A stretch of 64,000 nucleotides of DNA, taken from an uncultured virus (IMG/VR IMGVR_UViG_3300037264_003342) (Duplodnaviria > Heunggongvirae > Uroviricota > Caudoviricetes). The notes below the pieces were generated by a model. It had not been told where the DNA came from and made no database searches. It saw only the letters and a program-made list of their open reading frames with translations. Position 1 is the first letter of the stretch. Every line of letters begins with the position of its first letter. Both the position numbers and the translations under genes were made by a program. Shown here piece by piece: positions 18,646-28,309 of the stretch. Location: IMG/VR virus record IMGVR_UViG_3300037264_003342. One strand, written 5' to 3'.

Positions 18646-19500
18646 TCAGTTCCTCACGAAGTAGCCGTGGACGCTCATGGGAGCGCCGGGAGCCGCAACG
18701 TCATTGCGCACGCGCAGGTGGTGGAGAGTTGGGCTGCCTCCGCCGCCGAAGGGGCACTGGTGGATGAAGTAGGGGCTCGGGGGAAAGAGGCCGCCGAAGG
18801 GTGGCAGGATCACACGGTTACCCACCGTCGTTGCGTCGGTGTAATCGCGTGCAGTACGAGGGCGAAAAAAAGCTGGTGGTGCGAGCGCCACGTCGTTCAC
18901 ATCCTCGAAGATGAGCGACAAAGTGACGTCCCCGTCCACGTCGCCACCCAGGTACATCCCTGCGAGTGAGATCTCGTCGATCCTGTTCTTCTCGAATACG
19001 TGAACGATCTCGCTCGCCCCCGCCGCGATGGTGAAGGGCACGCCGGCATTGAAACCGGTCAACGTCTTGCCGATCGGACGACGCTCGGCTTGCTTTTTCG
19101 TGCCCTGCCCAACTCGGAGATAGTACCCCCAGAGAAACGTCAAATCTGTAGCGACGATTGCTGGTGTTCCTAAAGCAGAGAAATGTAGAGCGACTGCACC
19201 TCGAACTGGGTGCCCGTCGAGCGCTTTCGCTACCGGCTCTCTGTTGACGTCGGGTGAGAGCCTGCCGACCCACACAAGACCCCCTGCTCCTACTGGATCG
19301 GAAGCGGACACGCCGTAGGCCGTCACTGGAAGTGCTGGATTCAATCTTCGTGGAGACACGAAGAGGTGAACCTCGTAGATCGCTGGAGCTTTGGATGTGC
19401 TATCGGGGGGAGTGAAGACCGGCAAAAGGACAGGGTTTGGTGTCGCGGCATCGACACCCGCAATCAGTCCTCCGAACAGTGGGATCTTCTGGCTGCCCAT
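18646..19500 (-). CDS. Beta-rich hypothetical protein, possibly a vertex or spike component
   Basis: 284 aa with two halves each ending in (W/H)GY(Y/F)(L/V)R; GGAGG RBS. Confidence 0.55.
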   Translation of the reverse strand: MGSQKIPLFGGLIAGVDAATPNPVLLPVFTPPDSTSKAPAIYEVHLFVSPRRLNPALPVTAYGVSASDPVGAGGLVWVGRLSPDVNREPVAKALDGHPVRGAVALHFSALGTPAIVATDLTFLWGYYLRVGQGTKKQAERRPIGKTLTGFNAGVPFTIAAGASEIVHVFEKNRIDEISLAGMYLGGDVDGDVTLSLIFEDVNDVALAPPAFFRPRTARDYTDATTVGNRVILPPFGGLFPPSPYFIHQCPFGGGGSPTLHHLRVRNDVAAPGAPMSVHGYFVRN

Positions 19501-19541
19501 AGCGAGTCTTCCTCCGAAGCTACCTTAGCCCGTCCAAGAAC

Positions 19542-19955
19542 TCAAGGAATGCGGCCGACGCTCCGAGCGCGCACCTCGAACCGCTCGAAGACGCTAGCCT
19601 CGGGATCTTCGTCGTACAGCTCGGTCCCGTAGTCGCCCGCCCACGCCCGAGCTGCCGCTCGGGAGTGCGTCACGACGTCGATCACAGCCAGCTCCCCGCC
19701 CCTCGTGGCCGAGGACCGAACGGCCGCCTCGCAGGCCGTCTCCCAGTCGTTCGTCGTGAACGTCGCCTCGCCGGCCGACACCTCGAAATCGAGGTGCTCG
19801 TGCTTCGCGGGCTTGGGCCTCTTCGCCACGGATCGCGAGCCTACCACCGGCCCTCCCCGCAGAGCTACTGCTTCCGATCGAGCGTCGGCAATTTTTCCGG
19901 CCTTAGAGCCTTGTCCACGCATGTCCCAAAGCTGAATTTTTTCCGGCGCAGCCAC
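19542..19955 (-). CDS. Hypothetical protein
   Basis: First gene of the leftward block. Confidence 0.55.
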   Translation of the reverse strand: MAAPEKIQLWDMRGQGSKAGKIADARSEAVALRGGPVVGSRSVAKRPKPAKHEHLDFEVSAGEATFTTNDWETACEAAVRSSATRGGELAVIDVVTHSRAAARAWAGDYGTELYDEDPEASVFERFEVRARSVGRIP

Positions 19956-20146
19956 CTCTGAACGACGCCGAATGGACCAGGCCGAGCACCATCGCCTATG
20001 GCTGGACAGGCCAAATATCTGCGAGTGCCCGCGTCAAGCTAGCGATTCGCGATTACCACAGAGGCCGGAAAAAGACAAGCGCCGCCGCTCTGAGTGCCGG
20101 AAAAACCATTGAAGAGCGCCGATCGAAGCCTTACTCATGCCCTTGG

Positions 20147-21058
20147 ATGGCTCTCCCGCAGAACACGATCTCCGAGTTCAAGAGGTACATCACGGTCACT
20201 CGGAGCGGTGCGACGGCTCGACGCTACGTCATCGCAGTGCGGATGTTTCTCCAGTGGTACACGACCTTCAACCTACCGCTGGAGAAGGCCTCGGCCGACA
20301 CCGTGTCGCGCTACGCCGTGGCCCTCCTTCAGGACAACTACCGGACGAGCACCATCCGAGCGCACCTCGCCGGCATCGCGAAATTCGTGCGCTGGCTCAG
20401 GGAGAAGCGCGACTTCCCCGTCCCCAAGTTCTACGAGCCCGATCTGCCGCGCACGAAGCGGAAGGTGAAGGACACGCTGCCCCAGGATGCGCTCGCGCAG
20501 TTCTTCCAATCCGCCAACGCCCTCGACGAGCCCATGCGAGCTGCAGCTCTCTTGCTCCCGTGCTCGGGGTTGCGCTGCGGGGAGATGGTCGCTCTGCCCC
20601 TCGCCTGTCTCAAGCGCCAGCGGCTCACGCTCGACGGCAAAGCGAAGGAAGTCCTCATGCTCCAGGTCACCGGCAAGGGCGGCCACGAGCGCATGGTTCC
20701 GCTCCTCGACGAGGGTGCGATCGTGCTCGTGCAGTACCTGAAGGGGTGGCGACGGGGGCATCGAGACACGAAGTGGCTCTTCCCCGGTCGCTCGGGCCAC
20801 ATGGCCACTCGGACGCTGCGCAAGGCTGTGCAGCAGATCCGCAGACCCTTGGGCCTCTCCTACACACCGCACAGCATGCGCCGGACGTACCTCACGACGC
20901 TCTATCGGCAAGGGGTCGAGCCGATCGTGCTCGCCAAAATTGCAGGCCACGGAAACGTGCAAGTGCTCGTCGACCACTACCTTGGCCTCGACTCGAACGA
21001 TCTAGCGAAAGCCGTCCACTCGAAGGGCGGTAGCCTCTTGAAAGGAGCTGACGCATGA
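20147..21058 (+). CDS. Tyrosine recombinase/integrase (XerC/D-like)
   Basis: GLRCGE (R), TGKGG (K), HSMRR (HxxR), IAGH (H) and DHY (Y), plus an N-terminal SAM-like domain. Confidence 0.92.
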   Translation: MALPQNTISEFKRYITVTRSGATARRYVIAVRMFLQWYTTFNLPLEKASADTVSRYAVALLQDNYRTSTIRAHLAGIAKFVRWLREKRDFPVPKFYEPDLPRTKRKVKDTLPQDALAQFFQSANALDEPMRAAALLLPCSGLRCGEMVALPLACLKRQRLTLDGKAKEVLMLQVTGKGGHERMVPLLDEGAIVLVQYLKGWRRGHRDTKWLFPGRSGHMATRTLRKAVQQIRRPLGLSYTPHSMRRTYLTTLYRQGVEPIVLAKIAGHGNVQVLVDHYLGLDSNDLAKAVHSKGGSLLKGADA

Positions 21059-23067
21059 CACTCGAAGCCGATCAACCAGAAGGATCTCCACGGCGAACAT
21101 CAGCACGCCGAGCGCGCGGTGAGGCAACGGCCGCGACAGAGCCGACGCCGGCCGATCCGCCGAAGCCGAACCCGGAGGTGGACGCCCAGCTCGAAAACCT
21201 CGGGATCCAAACACCCACAGTTGAACAGCCTCCGCCTGCTCCCGTCGAGCAGCAGCAGCCGGAAGCCCCAACCGCTGACGAAGAGCAGCAGCAACAGCCG
21301 CAGCAGAACGGCAACGGAGGAGGCCTCGGACTCTTCGATGATCAGACGCTGAGCGACGCAGCTCTGAACCCGTTCCGGCGCTCCCCTATGGAGCCGCCGA
21401 AGCCGACCAAGGTGCAGGAGCGAGCTGCCCGGCAAGACGACAGGCAATCGCATCAGCAAACGGCGAGCACGAAACGCTTTGGGGTGCTCGGGAAGAAAAT
21501 CCCAGGATCTGAGCACCTCAAGGTCCACAAGCGCCTCGACGGCGGACAACTCGCCTACATCGGCGAGTTCAACTCGAACGACCTCTCACAGAGCCAGGAC
21601 TTCGAGAGCTTTCTGAACCGCTACATCAAGCCGTCCTACGGCCCTGGCGAATACCTCGTCACCGGAGTCGATGCGCAAGGCCGAGCGTTCGACGGTGGGA
21701 TCATCCAACTTCTCTCGCCAGTGCTTCCCTCCCCCGATCTCCCATCGTCTCTGCCCGGCGCAGGTCGAACAGCTCTCGACCTCGTTCAGCAGATGCTCGA
21801 ACGCGATGCACAGCGTCGAGATACGGAGGTGCGAGCCATGATGCAGAACCAGAAAGACCCCATCCAGATGCTTAAAGAGATGCACGAGCTGCAGCGGCAG
21901 TTCACCCCAGAGCCCCCGCCGCTCCCGATGTTGAAGCCCTCGGACGGCGCGACGGACAAGGCGACCGTGATGCTCACGGGGATGATGCAGATGCTGACCA
22001 CCGTCCTCGCGACGGCGCTGCAGCCGAAAGCCCCCGACCCCATCATGCTCGCGCTCCTCTCGAAGATCATGGAGAAGGACGTGCCGAGATCTGCTCCAGA
22101 CCCGACGCTGCAGCTCGTCCAGCTCTCGGAAGTCATGAAGAACCTCAACCCGGCCGGCAACAGCAACGGCCAGCTCGTCGAGTTCTTGATGCGGGACCGC
22201 ATGTCGCCGACTGACGTGTTGGGCCTCGTCGACAAGTTCCGTGGAGAGAGCGGCACGGACGACTTCAAGAAGGCCATGGAGAACATGGGCTTCCTCCTCG
22301 GCACCGTGAAGCAGCTCCGAGATCAGACCGAGCCCAACGTGTCGACCGGCTTCTGGGATGCGGTCAACTCGATCTTGGCGAACCCCTCGCTCGCTCAAGT
22401 GATCGGCGTCGGGGCTCGCGGCGAGGTCCGAGCGCGTCAGCTCCCGCCAGGGCCACAGACGAGAGCACTGCCGGCTCCGCCGCCGCAGACACAGCAGCGA
22501 GATCCCTTGGCCCTCAAGGCCCGAGAGCTGGCCGCTCGCAAGATGCGCCTCGAAGAGATCGAGATCGCAGAGCGCGAGCGCCGAGTCGGCCTCGGCCAGC
22601 CGGCAGTCGTGACTCCGCCAGCTCCTGCGCCCGAGGAGCCGGAAGCGCCGGAGCTGGAGGCGGTAGAGCCGCCTCAGGCGACCCTGCCGCCGAACATCGC
22701 GACGCACATCAACAACTACCTCGCGGCCGAGGATGACGGGGATGTGCTCAAGACCACGATCGAGATGATCTTCGACCTCGCCAAGGACGAGAAGTGGAGG
22801 CCCTACTCGGAGGTGATCGTCGCGTTCCTCGTGCAGTCCGACCGCTCGCGGTTCCTGCAGTACATGTCGTCGCTCTTCGTCTCGCTCCGCACGATCGGCC
22901 TCGTCGAGGATGCGCTCGCGAAGAAGATCCTCGACTGCTTGCACCAGAACTTCGACATCCTCGTCGCTGAAGTCCAGCGACACCTCACTGGCCCCGGCGA
23001 GGGCGAGGGCGAGGGTGAAGGTGAGGGTGAAGGTGAAGGTGACGGATCAGAGGGAGAGCCCGGATGA
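21055..23067 (+). CDS. 670-aa Pro/Gln/Met-rich hypothetical protein ending in a (GE)n tract
   Basis: Long coupled ORF; gagggc/gaaggt hexamer run at about 22995-23040. Confidence 0.8.
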   Translation: MTLEADQPEGSPRRTSARRARGEATAATEPTPADPPKPNPEVDAQLENLGIQTPTVEQPPPAPVEQQQPEAPTADEEQQQQPQQNGNGGGLGLFDDQTLSDAALNPFRRSPMEPPKPTKVQERAARQDDRQSHQQTASTKRFGVLGKKIPGSEHLKVHKRLDGGQLAYIGEFNSNDLSQSQDFESFLNRYIKPSYGPGEYLVTGVDAQGRAFDGGIIQLLSPVLPSPDLPSSLPGAGRTALDLVQQMLERDAQRRDTEVRAMMQNQKDPIQMLKEMHELQRQFTPEPPPLPMLKPSDGATDKATVMLTGMMQMLTTVLATALQPKAPDPIMLALLSKIMEKDVPRSAPDPTLQLVQLSEVMKNLNPAGNSNGQLVEFLMRDRMSPTDVLGLVDKFRGESGTDDFKKAMENMGFLLGTVKQLRDQTEPNVSTGFWDAVNSILANPSLAQVIGVGARGEVRARQLPPGPQTRALPAPPPQTQQRDPLALKARELAARKMRLEEIEIAERERRVGLGQPAVVTPPAPAPEEPEAPELEAVEPPQATLPPNIATHINNYLAAEDDGDVLKTTIEMIFDLAKDEKWRPYSEVIVAFLVQSDRSRFLQYMSSLFVSLRTIGLVEDALAKKILDCLHQNFDILVAEVQRHLTGPGEGEGEGEGEGEGEGDGSEGEPG

Positions 23068-23753
23068 ACATCCTCTGCTTCCGTCCGCTCCACAACACCC
23101 CCGGCAAACGGGACGTCACAGGTGCTTTCGCGCCCGAGGCCGAGAAGTTTCTGAAGGTCCACGGAGGTGGCGTCGTACACGCTTTCAACAACCAGAAGCC
23201 GATGGCGCATCGCCGCCAGCAAGTCTTGGAGATAATCAAAGCCGAAGGGAAGGATGAGAACTTCGACGCGGTCGCGTTCTTCTGTCACGGCTGGTCGACT
23301 GGCATCCAGGCCGGCTTCATGCGGCCTCACATCCAAGCTCTGGCTACAGCAATCGACACAGCAACCGGAGCCACACGCGATCTCGGAGTAGTCCTCTACT
23401 GCTGCTCAACCGGCGACGACCCACAAGACCAACCAGACGAAGCGGCCGGCACAGGAGACAACAGCTTCGCTGACCGACTGCGCGACGCTCTGTGTGCGAC
23501 CGGCGACGGCAACGAGTTCTGTCGCGTCACCGCTCATAGTACGGTTGCCCACGCAACTCAAAATCCGTACGTGCTCTTCTTCGACGGCATGGGCTCCAAG
23601 GTCGGAGGAGTCGGCGGCTACTTCCCTGTCGGCCCTGGATCTCCTCTGTGGCCGAAGTGGCGGAAGAAGCTACGCGAGACGGACTTGCGGTTCCGCTTTC
23701 CGTTTCTGAGCGTCGAAGAGCTTCACAAGGAGCTACTCTCACCCTCGAAATAG
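23064..23753 (+). CDS. Hypothetical protein, possible caspase-fold His-Cys peptidase
   Basis: VAFFCHGW and VVLYCCSTG resemble the HG...xC dyad of clan CD peptidases. Confidence 0.45.
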   Translation: MNILCFRPLHNTPGKRDVTGAFAPEAEKFLKVHGGGVVHAFNNQKPMAHRRQQVLEIIKAEGKDENFDAVAFFCHGWSTGIQAGFMRPHIQALATAIDTATGATRDLGVVLYCCSTGDDPQDQPDEAAGTGDNSFADRLRDALCATGDGNEFCRVTAHSTVAHATQNPYVLFFDGMGSKVGGVGGYFPVGPGSPLWPKWRKKLRETDLRFRFPFLSVEELHKELLSPSK

Positions 23754-23760
23754 CCGCGCC

Positions 23761-24636
23761 TCACGGGCACGGGTACTTCTCGATGAAGACCTCGTCGAGG
23801 CTCGCCCCATTGCCGAGGAAGACGCTCACGGCGTCGTAGGTGAACGATCCGATGTCTCGGGGCGTATGCGCCACAACCTCCACACCACCCTCTGAAGCAT
23901 AGGCTCCGGTGCTCAAGCTGCCTGAGATGGTGGATCCTTGTATGACGATCTCGACGTAGTACTTCCCTGTCGGGTCAACCGTTAAGTAGTACGTGTCATT
24001 CACGTAGAACTCGCCCATGCCTGACGCAGAAGCGATCGTCGTAATCCCTGTTTCGAGAACTAACGAACCGTTACCCTTTAGGTGTACCTCAACAAGTTGC
24101 GAACCTGGGCGCACCGCCCAGCGAACTCTGATGTCGTTTCCGCTGCTCTCGGGCAGAGCTACTTCAAGAGACGCCTTCGCCTCTGGAGCCACCAACTTGC
24201 CGTTTGCAATGACATAACCCGACGGTACCAAAGAGATGGTTGGCCATAATACCATCACCTGCTCCGGCCACGTCGCCCCCGCCGGATACTCCGCATCGCC
24301 AACTGGCCCGTCGGGCCGATCGAACGTGTCGGCGAACAGGTAACACGTCGCCTGACTGGCAGCGTCGGAGCTGTCGACGGTGGCGTCGGGGGCGTCAGTC
24401 GTGGAGCCGGCATCGACGCTGCCGCCGTCCGTAGGCTCGACTGAACCGTCTCTGCCGACGATCGGAGCGTCGCTCCCCGATCGACCGCCGAAGAGGTTGA
24501 TGCTGCCGTTGTCGGCGTCGGCGTCGGCGTCGGCGGTTGGAGCGGTGGAGGGTGAGGCGTCGGAGTCGGCCTCGGGCGAGGTGCTCAGACAGGCGGACAA
24601 GAAGAGCAAGGTCAAGATTGAGGTTCGCATGGTCAT
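23761..24636 (-). CDS. Lipoprotein with Asp/Ala/Gly low-complexity linker
   Basis: Lipobox LFLSAC, ADADADAD and DGG..DAG linkers, then a beta-rich C-terminal domain. Confidence 0.7.
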   Translation of the reverse strand: MTMRTSILTLLFLSACLSTSPEADSDASPSTAPTADADADADNGSINLFGGRSGSDAPIVGRDGSVEPTDGGSVDAGSTTDAPDATVDSSDAASQATCYLFADTFDRPDGPVGDAEYPAGATWPEQVMVLWPTISLVPSGYVIANGKLVAPEAKASLEVALPESSGNDIRVRWAVRPGSQLVEVHLKGNGSLVLETGITTIASASGMGEFYVNDTYYLTVDPTGKYYVEIVIQGSTISGSLSTGAYASEGGVEVVAHTPRDIGSFTYDAVSVFLGNGASLDEVFIEKYPCP

Positions 24637-25292
24637 CCTCCCATTCGTTTGTTCGACAACTCCACTGCCTTCTCCGACAGATCACACCCGAGGAACATCC
24701 GGCCGTGGCGCAGAGCTGCGACGCCGGCCGAGCCGGAGCCGCAGAACGGATCGATCACCACTTCGTTCGGCTGGCTGCTCTGCGTCACCAACACTTCGCA
24801 GAGTTCTACAGGCTTCTGGGTTGGGTAGCCGCCGTCCACACGAGAGACTGAGAGCACGTCGGGCGTCCCAAGGTTGTTGAGCTTCCGCTTGCCCTTCTCG
24901 AAGAAGAGGATGCACTCGTACTGGCACCTGTAGTGGTACCCCATTCCGATCCTTTGCTTCTCCCAAATGAGCGGCTTCCAGAACTTGAAGCCGACCTTTT
25001 CGCCGACGGGCTTCGCGATGAACATCGTCTCCTGGTCGCAGAAGAGGTAGAAGTGCGCGTTCTTCGCGAGCACGCGGTAGACCTCGGTGAACAGCTCCTC
25101 GAAGCGCGCGTTCGGGAAGATCTGAAACCAGTCGTTCGAGGAGGCCTTCGAGTGTTTGAGCCTCGTCGTCGTGCCGTGCGCTCGGTGCTTCTCCAACGAC
25201 TCGTACGGCGGGTCGGTGATGCAGAGTGAGGCCGAGCCGTCGGGGAAAGCCCGGAGCCACTCGACGGCGTCGGCTTGGTCGACGTAGGTCAT
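24633..25292 (-). CDS. DNA N6-adenine/N4-cytosine methyltransferase (beta class)
   Basis: ITDPPY precedes YPTQKP and VIDPFCGSGS. Confidence 0.93.
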   Translation of the reverse strand: MTYVDQADAVEWLRAFPDGSASLCITDPPYESLEKHRAHGTTTRLKHSKASSNDWFQIFPNARFEELFTEVYRVLAKNAHFYLFCDQETMFIAKPVGEKVGFKFWKPLIWEKQRIGMGYHYRCQYECILFFEKGKRKLNNLGTPDVLSVSRVDGGYPTQKPVELCEVLVTQSSQPNEVVIDPFCGSGSAGVAALRHGRMFLGCDLSEKAVELSNKRMGG

Positions 25293-25509
25293 CGCTTCGC
25301 CCGGAGGGTGGCAATTATCCTTCCAGCTTCTATTGCTCCTTCCACAAGCTCCGTTTCCAATATCTCGGCGCGCTTATACGCGCTCGCCAGCTCTCCACGC
25401 AGGCGCAGTACAATGCCGCACACTTCACCCACCGCTAACAGCAGAGTAGGTGGTAGCTCGGGGGACTCTTTGAGCAACGAGCGCAAACGCTCGATCGTTT
25501 CCAGGTCCG

Positions 25510-25932
25510 TCACGAGAACTCCCCCACGATGTAGTCCCACGTCCCCTCGCCGTGGGCGACACAACGACCGAAACTGCGACCGATGCGATGGCGCACGAGG
25601 CCGTTCGGGCCCGGCTCAGAACCGTTCCTTTGATGGAAGTCGGCCTCATCCCTGTACCCAGCGAATTGCCTTGGAGTCCCCCAGAGCCGGTCCTCAATCT
25701 CGGTGAGCATTTCCTCGACCGAGACGTCTTTGTCGTACTCGTCGCGGATGCGGATGCGGCCGGTCGCGAACTCGCGCTTCCAGTCCTCCAGGGTGTTGAT
25801 GTTCTGCTCAGGGATGACGTGGAGTGAGAAGCACCAGCCGGCGCTCGACTTGCCGATGTGGAGCTTCTCGCCGGCATCCCCTCGGCCACACTTGTCGCAG
25901 ACGCCTCGGTCGAGATAGTAGTTCGTGCCCAT
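25510..25932 (-). CDS. Conserved phage hypothetical protein (MGTNYY-type)
   Basis: MGTNYY..CxxC..LHIGKSSAGW.F...IRDEY. Confidence 0.75.
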   Translation of the reverse strand: MGTNYYLDRGVCDKCGRGDAGEKLHIGKSSAGWCFSLHVIPEQNINTLEDWKREFATGRIRIRDEYDKDVSVEEMLTEIEDRLWGTPRQFAGYRDEADFHQRNGSEPGPNGLVRHRIGRSFGRCVAHGEGTWDYIVGEFS

Positions 25933-26119
25933 CAGAGCCTCCCTGGGTGCGGCTTCTCCGTTGCAATTGCGCGCAAACTCTCAATGGCTTGGTCGGCCGT
26001 GTGTGCCGCGCCTGCTGCAACGGACGAAGAGCGAGAGCCGATCAAATTGACCAAACGGACGAACTCCGCTGCGAACACCATGTCCCAGATGCGCTGCTCG
26101 CGGTCGCTCATCGGCATCA

Positions 26120-26479
26120 TCAGAGCCTCCCTGCCGCTTTCGCTTCCTTCGCCGCCTTCTTGCTCGCTCTGAGCTGCTCGATCCGCCTGCGCACGCTCTG
26201 GGCCTTCCGCAGGACGCTGCCCACGAGCTGCGCTTGCGTCTTGCCCACCTCGTAGCGACGGCCCTGGAGCGCGGCCTGACACATGAACTCGATCACCCGA
26301 GCCTCGTAGTCCGAGTAGCTCGTCGAGCCCCGTGACGGCCTCGTTGGCGGCCGGTAGCTCCGGCCCGAGCCGTTCGGGCAGAAGCCGTTCAAGTGCTCGG
26401 AGCGACGAGCGCGGCAGTCGTCGAGGTGACAGCGGGCGTTGTTCGAGCGGTTCATACCACTGGCTCGAATCTGACCCAA
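26120..26479 (-). CDS. Hypothetical protein
   Basis: Coupled ORF with a C..C..H...C cluster. Confidence 0.5.
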   Translation of the reverse strand: MGQIRASGMNRSNNARCHLDDCRARRSEHLNGFCPNGSGRSYRPPTRPSRGSTSYSDYEARVIEFMCQAALQGRRYEVGKTQAQLVGSVLRKAQSVRRRIEQLRASKKAAKEAKAAGRL

Positions 26480-27141
26480 ATGTCGTCTTCTTCATCCCTC
26501 GGAAACATTCCGTAACAAACCCACAGTTTTAGCACCTCGGAGTGCTTTACCTTCCAGTATCTGAAATCCCCCGGCTTGCTTGTTCTCAAATAGAGGTGCT
26601 CATCGTCAGCGGCTCGCGCAACACCCTTCTCCTCATGCCACTGCAGCCCCTTGATCGAATGTGGTTGCCACGGTGATATGCCCAGAAGCTCTGCAGCAAA
26701 AAGAACATCGCGAGGAAGGTCTGATTCGTCTCCTCTGTCTTCCTTCACATGTTCCCTTAGACAAGAAACCACCTTAGCTCCCAAACCCAACAACGCCGCC
26801 TTCTGCACGTCGCTCAAGTGGGAACTTAGAAAATCGTCAAATTCTTCGTCAGTTGCGTCGTAGTCTTCACTGCTCCAATCAAAGTCGGCAGGAATGGCTC
26901 TGACGTAACGCTCCACCCTTTCGCAAAAATCTTCCAGGGTTAGGGCTTCAGGTGCTGCAGCTTCGGCAGCTTCAACAATCAGATAACCCCCGTCGCTGAA
27001 TTGAATCATGTCCTTCAACTTCGGCTGGGTTTTGGGGGCGTCCAAGAGCGCCTCAAAAACTGTCCAGCGAACGAGGTGGTGCGCGACTTTCTCTATGCGT
27101 TCGTCGAGCGGCATGGTGGCGAATGTAGTTTGGTTGTTCAT
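26452..27141 (-). CDS. Hypothetical acidic protein (lower GC)
   Basis: Start reassigned to MNNQTTF (ATGA overlap, GAGGA RBS). Confidence 0.65.
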   Translation of the reverse strand: MNNQTTFATMPLDERIEKVAHHLVRWTVFEALLDAPKTQPKLKDMIQFSDGGYLIVEAAEAAAPEALTLEDFCERVERYVRAIPADFDWSSEDYDATDEEFDDFLSSHLSDVQKAALLGLGAKVVSCLREHVKEDRGDESDLPRDVLFAAELLGISPWQPHSIKGLQWHEEKGVARAADDEHLYLRTSKPGDFRYWKVKHSEVLKLWVCYGMFPRDEEDDIWVRFEPVV

Positions 27142-27443
27142 CGTATCCTCTGTCGGTTGCGCGCTCGCTGCTCCAGCACCAGAAGCACCCCACCCCACAT
27201 TTCTGGCGCACGCATGTTGGCGGCCTTGCCCGTTGTACGTTCCAGGCTCCGCAGACTCGCCTTCAACCCTTTGGTATCGGCCGCCCCGAGCTGGGCAAAG
27301 TAGACGCCTCGGTGACGTGAGAGCGAGATCGTTGCGACGAACTTTGAGTTCGGCAGCTCGTACGTGGCCCTGTCCGAGGTCAGGTAACTGAGGGTCCATT
27401 GAGCCCCGAAAGCCTCGACAGTTGATGGCCAGCCTCGCTTCAC
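27138..27443 (-). CDS. Hypothetical protein
   Basis: Coupled ORF. Confidence 0.5.
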   Translation of the reverse strand: MKRGWPSTVEAFGAQWTLSYLTSDRATYELPNSKFVATISLSRHRGVYFAQLGAADTKGLKASLRSLERTTGKAANMRAPEMWGGVLLVLEQRARNRQRIR

Positions 27444-27661
27444 CTTTGATGCTCCTTCGACTCCATCACTTCGTGCCAGGCGTCGAGAGCCTCCTGGGTC
27501 ATGCGGATGACCTCACCGGAGTCGAACCCTTGGAACTTCGCTAAGGCGACGAAGTTGGCAAGATGTGTCGCCACATCTTTGTCGATTTTTGTGCCCAACC
27601 TGTCGCACATGGCGTTGACAAAGTTGATCGCATCCTGCTCCGCAAGTTCACGCTTAATCAC
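27440..27661 (-). CDS. Hypothetical protein
   Basis: Coupled ORF. Confidence 0.55.
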   Translation of the reverse strand: MIKRELAEQDAINFVNAMCDRLGTKIDKDVATHLANFVALAKFQGFDSGEVIRMTQEALDAWHEVMESKEHQR

Positions 27662-28230
27662 GACGCACCGTCCTTCAGCCCCGTGCGGGCCGCCATCTTG
27701 CGCTCGTAGTACCGCTTCTGCGTGCGGATCTTCGTCAACGCCTTCTGCGCTCGCTTGAGCTTCGAGGCCCAGGCGATCTCGCGCTCGACAAGCCCCTCGT
27801 AGCGCTCGCCGACGACGTCGCGCTCGACCTTCGTCCGCTCTGTCACGCTGACTTCGGCCCCGATGGCCCCGAGGCCTATGGACTCCATGACCTCGCAGTC
27901 AGCATCGCTCAGGATGCAGTCGAGAATGCCCGGCGGGTAGTCGCGGTGTTTGACGCCGTAGTTGTGCCACAGCTCGTGGCGCACGAGCGGCACGAGCCGT
28001 CGAACCTCGAACTTCGGCGTCGGGAGCCGGAGCCGCATGCGCAGGCCGTTGAAGCTCGCGTTGCCGCCGTAAGGGATGTTTCGGCGCTCCCCGTTGGCTG
28101 TGACGACCGTGACCGTCAGCCGGCCCCAGGTGTCGAGAGGGCCGCGAGTTCGAGCGACGTCGCGGTAGACCGCGACGAGGATCCGTCGAAGGGTCTGCGT
28201 GTCGTAGCGCGTCTGGTTGTTGAGCTTCAT
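27658..28230 (-). CDS. Hypothetical protein with HExxH motif
   Basis: RHELWH..G.KH; AGGAGG RBS before MKLNNQT. Confidence 0.65.
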   Translation of the reverse strand: MKLNNQTRYDTQTLRRILVAVYRDVARTRGPLDTWGRLTVTVVTANGERRNIPYGGNASFNGLRMRLRLPTPKFEVRRLVPLVRHELWHNYGVKHRDYPPGILDCILSDADCEVMESIGLGAIGAEVSVTERTKVERDVVGERYEGLVEREIAWASKLKRAQKALTKIRTQKRYYERKMAARTGLKDGAS

Positions 28231-28309
28231 GCTCGCCGTTTCCTCCTGCCCCATCCAGGGGCGCGTTCCAAGGTTGGACGTAGCAGAGGCTCTCCTCATT
28301 CACGAGCCC

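Noticed and set aside
24633..25292. Restriction-modification system
   Set aside because: No adjacent endonuclease; an orphan phage methyltransferase is more likely.
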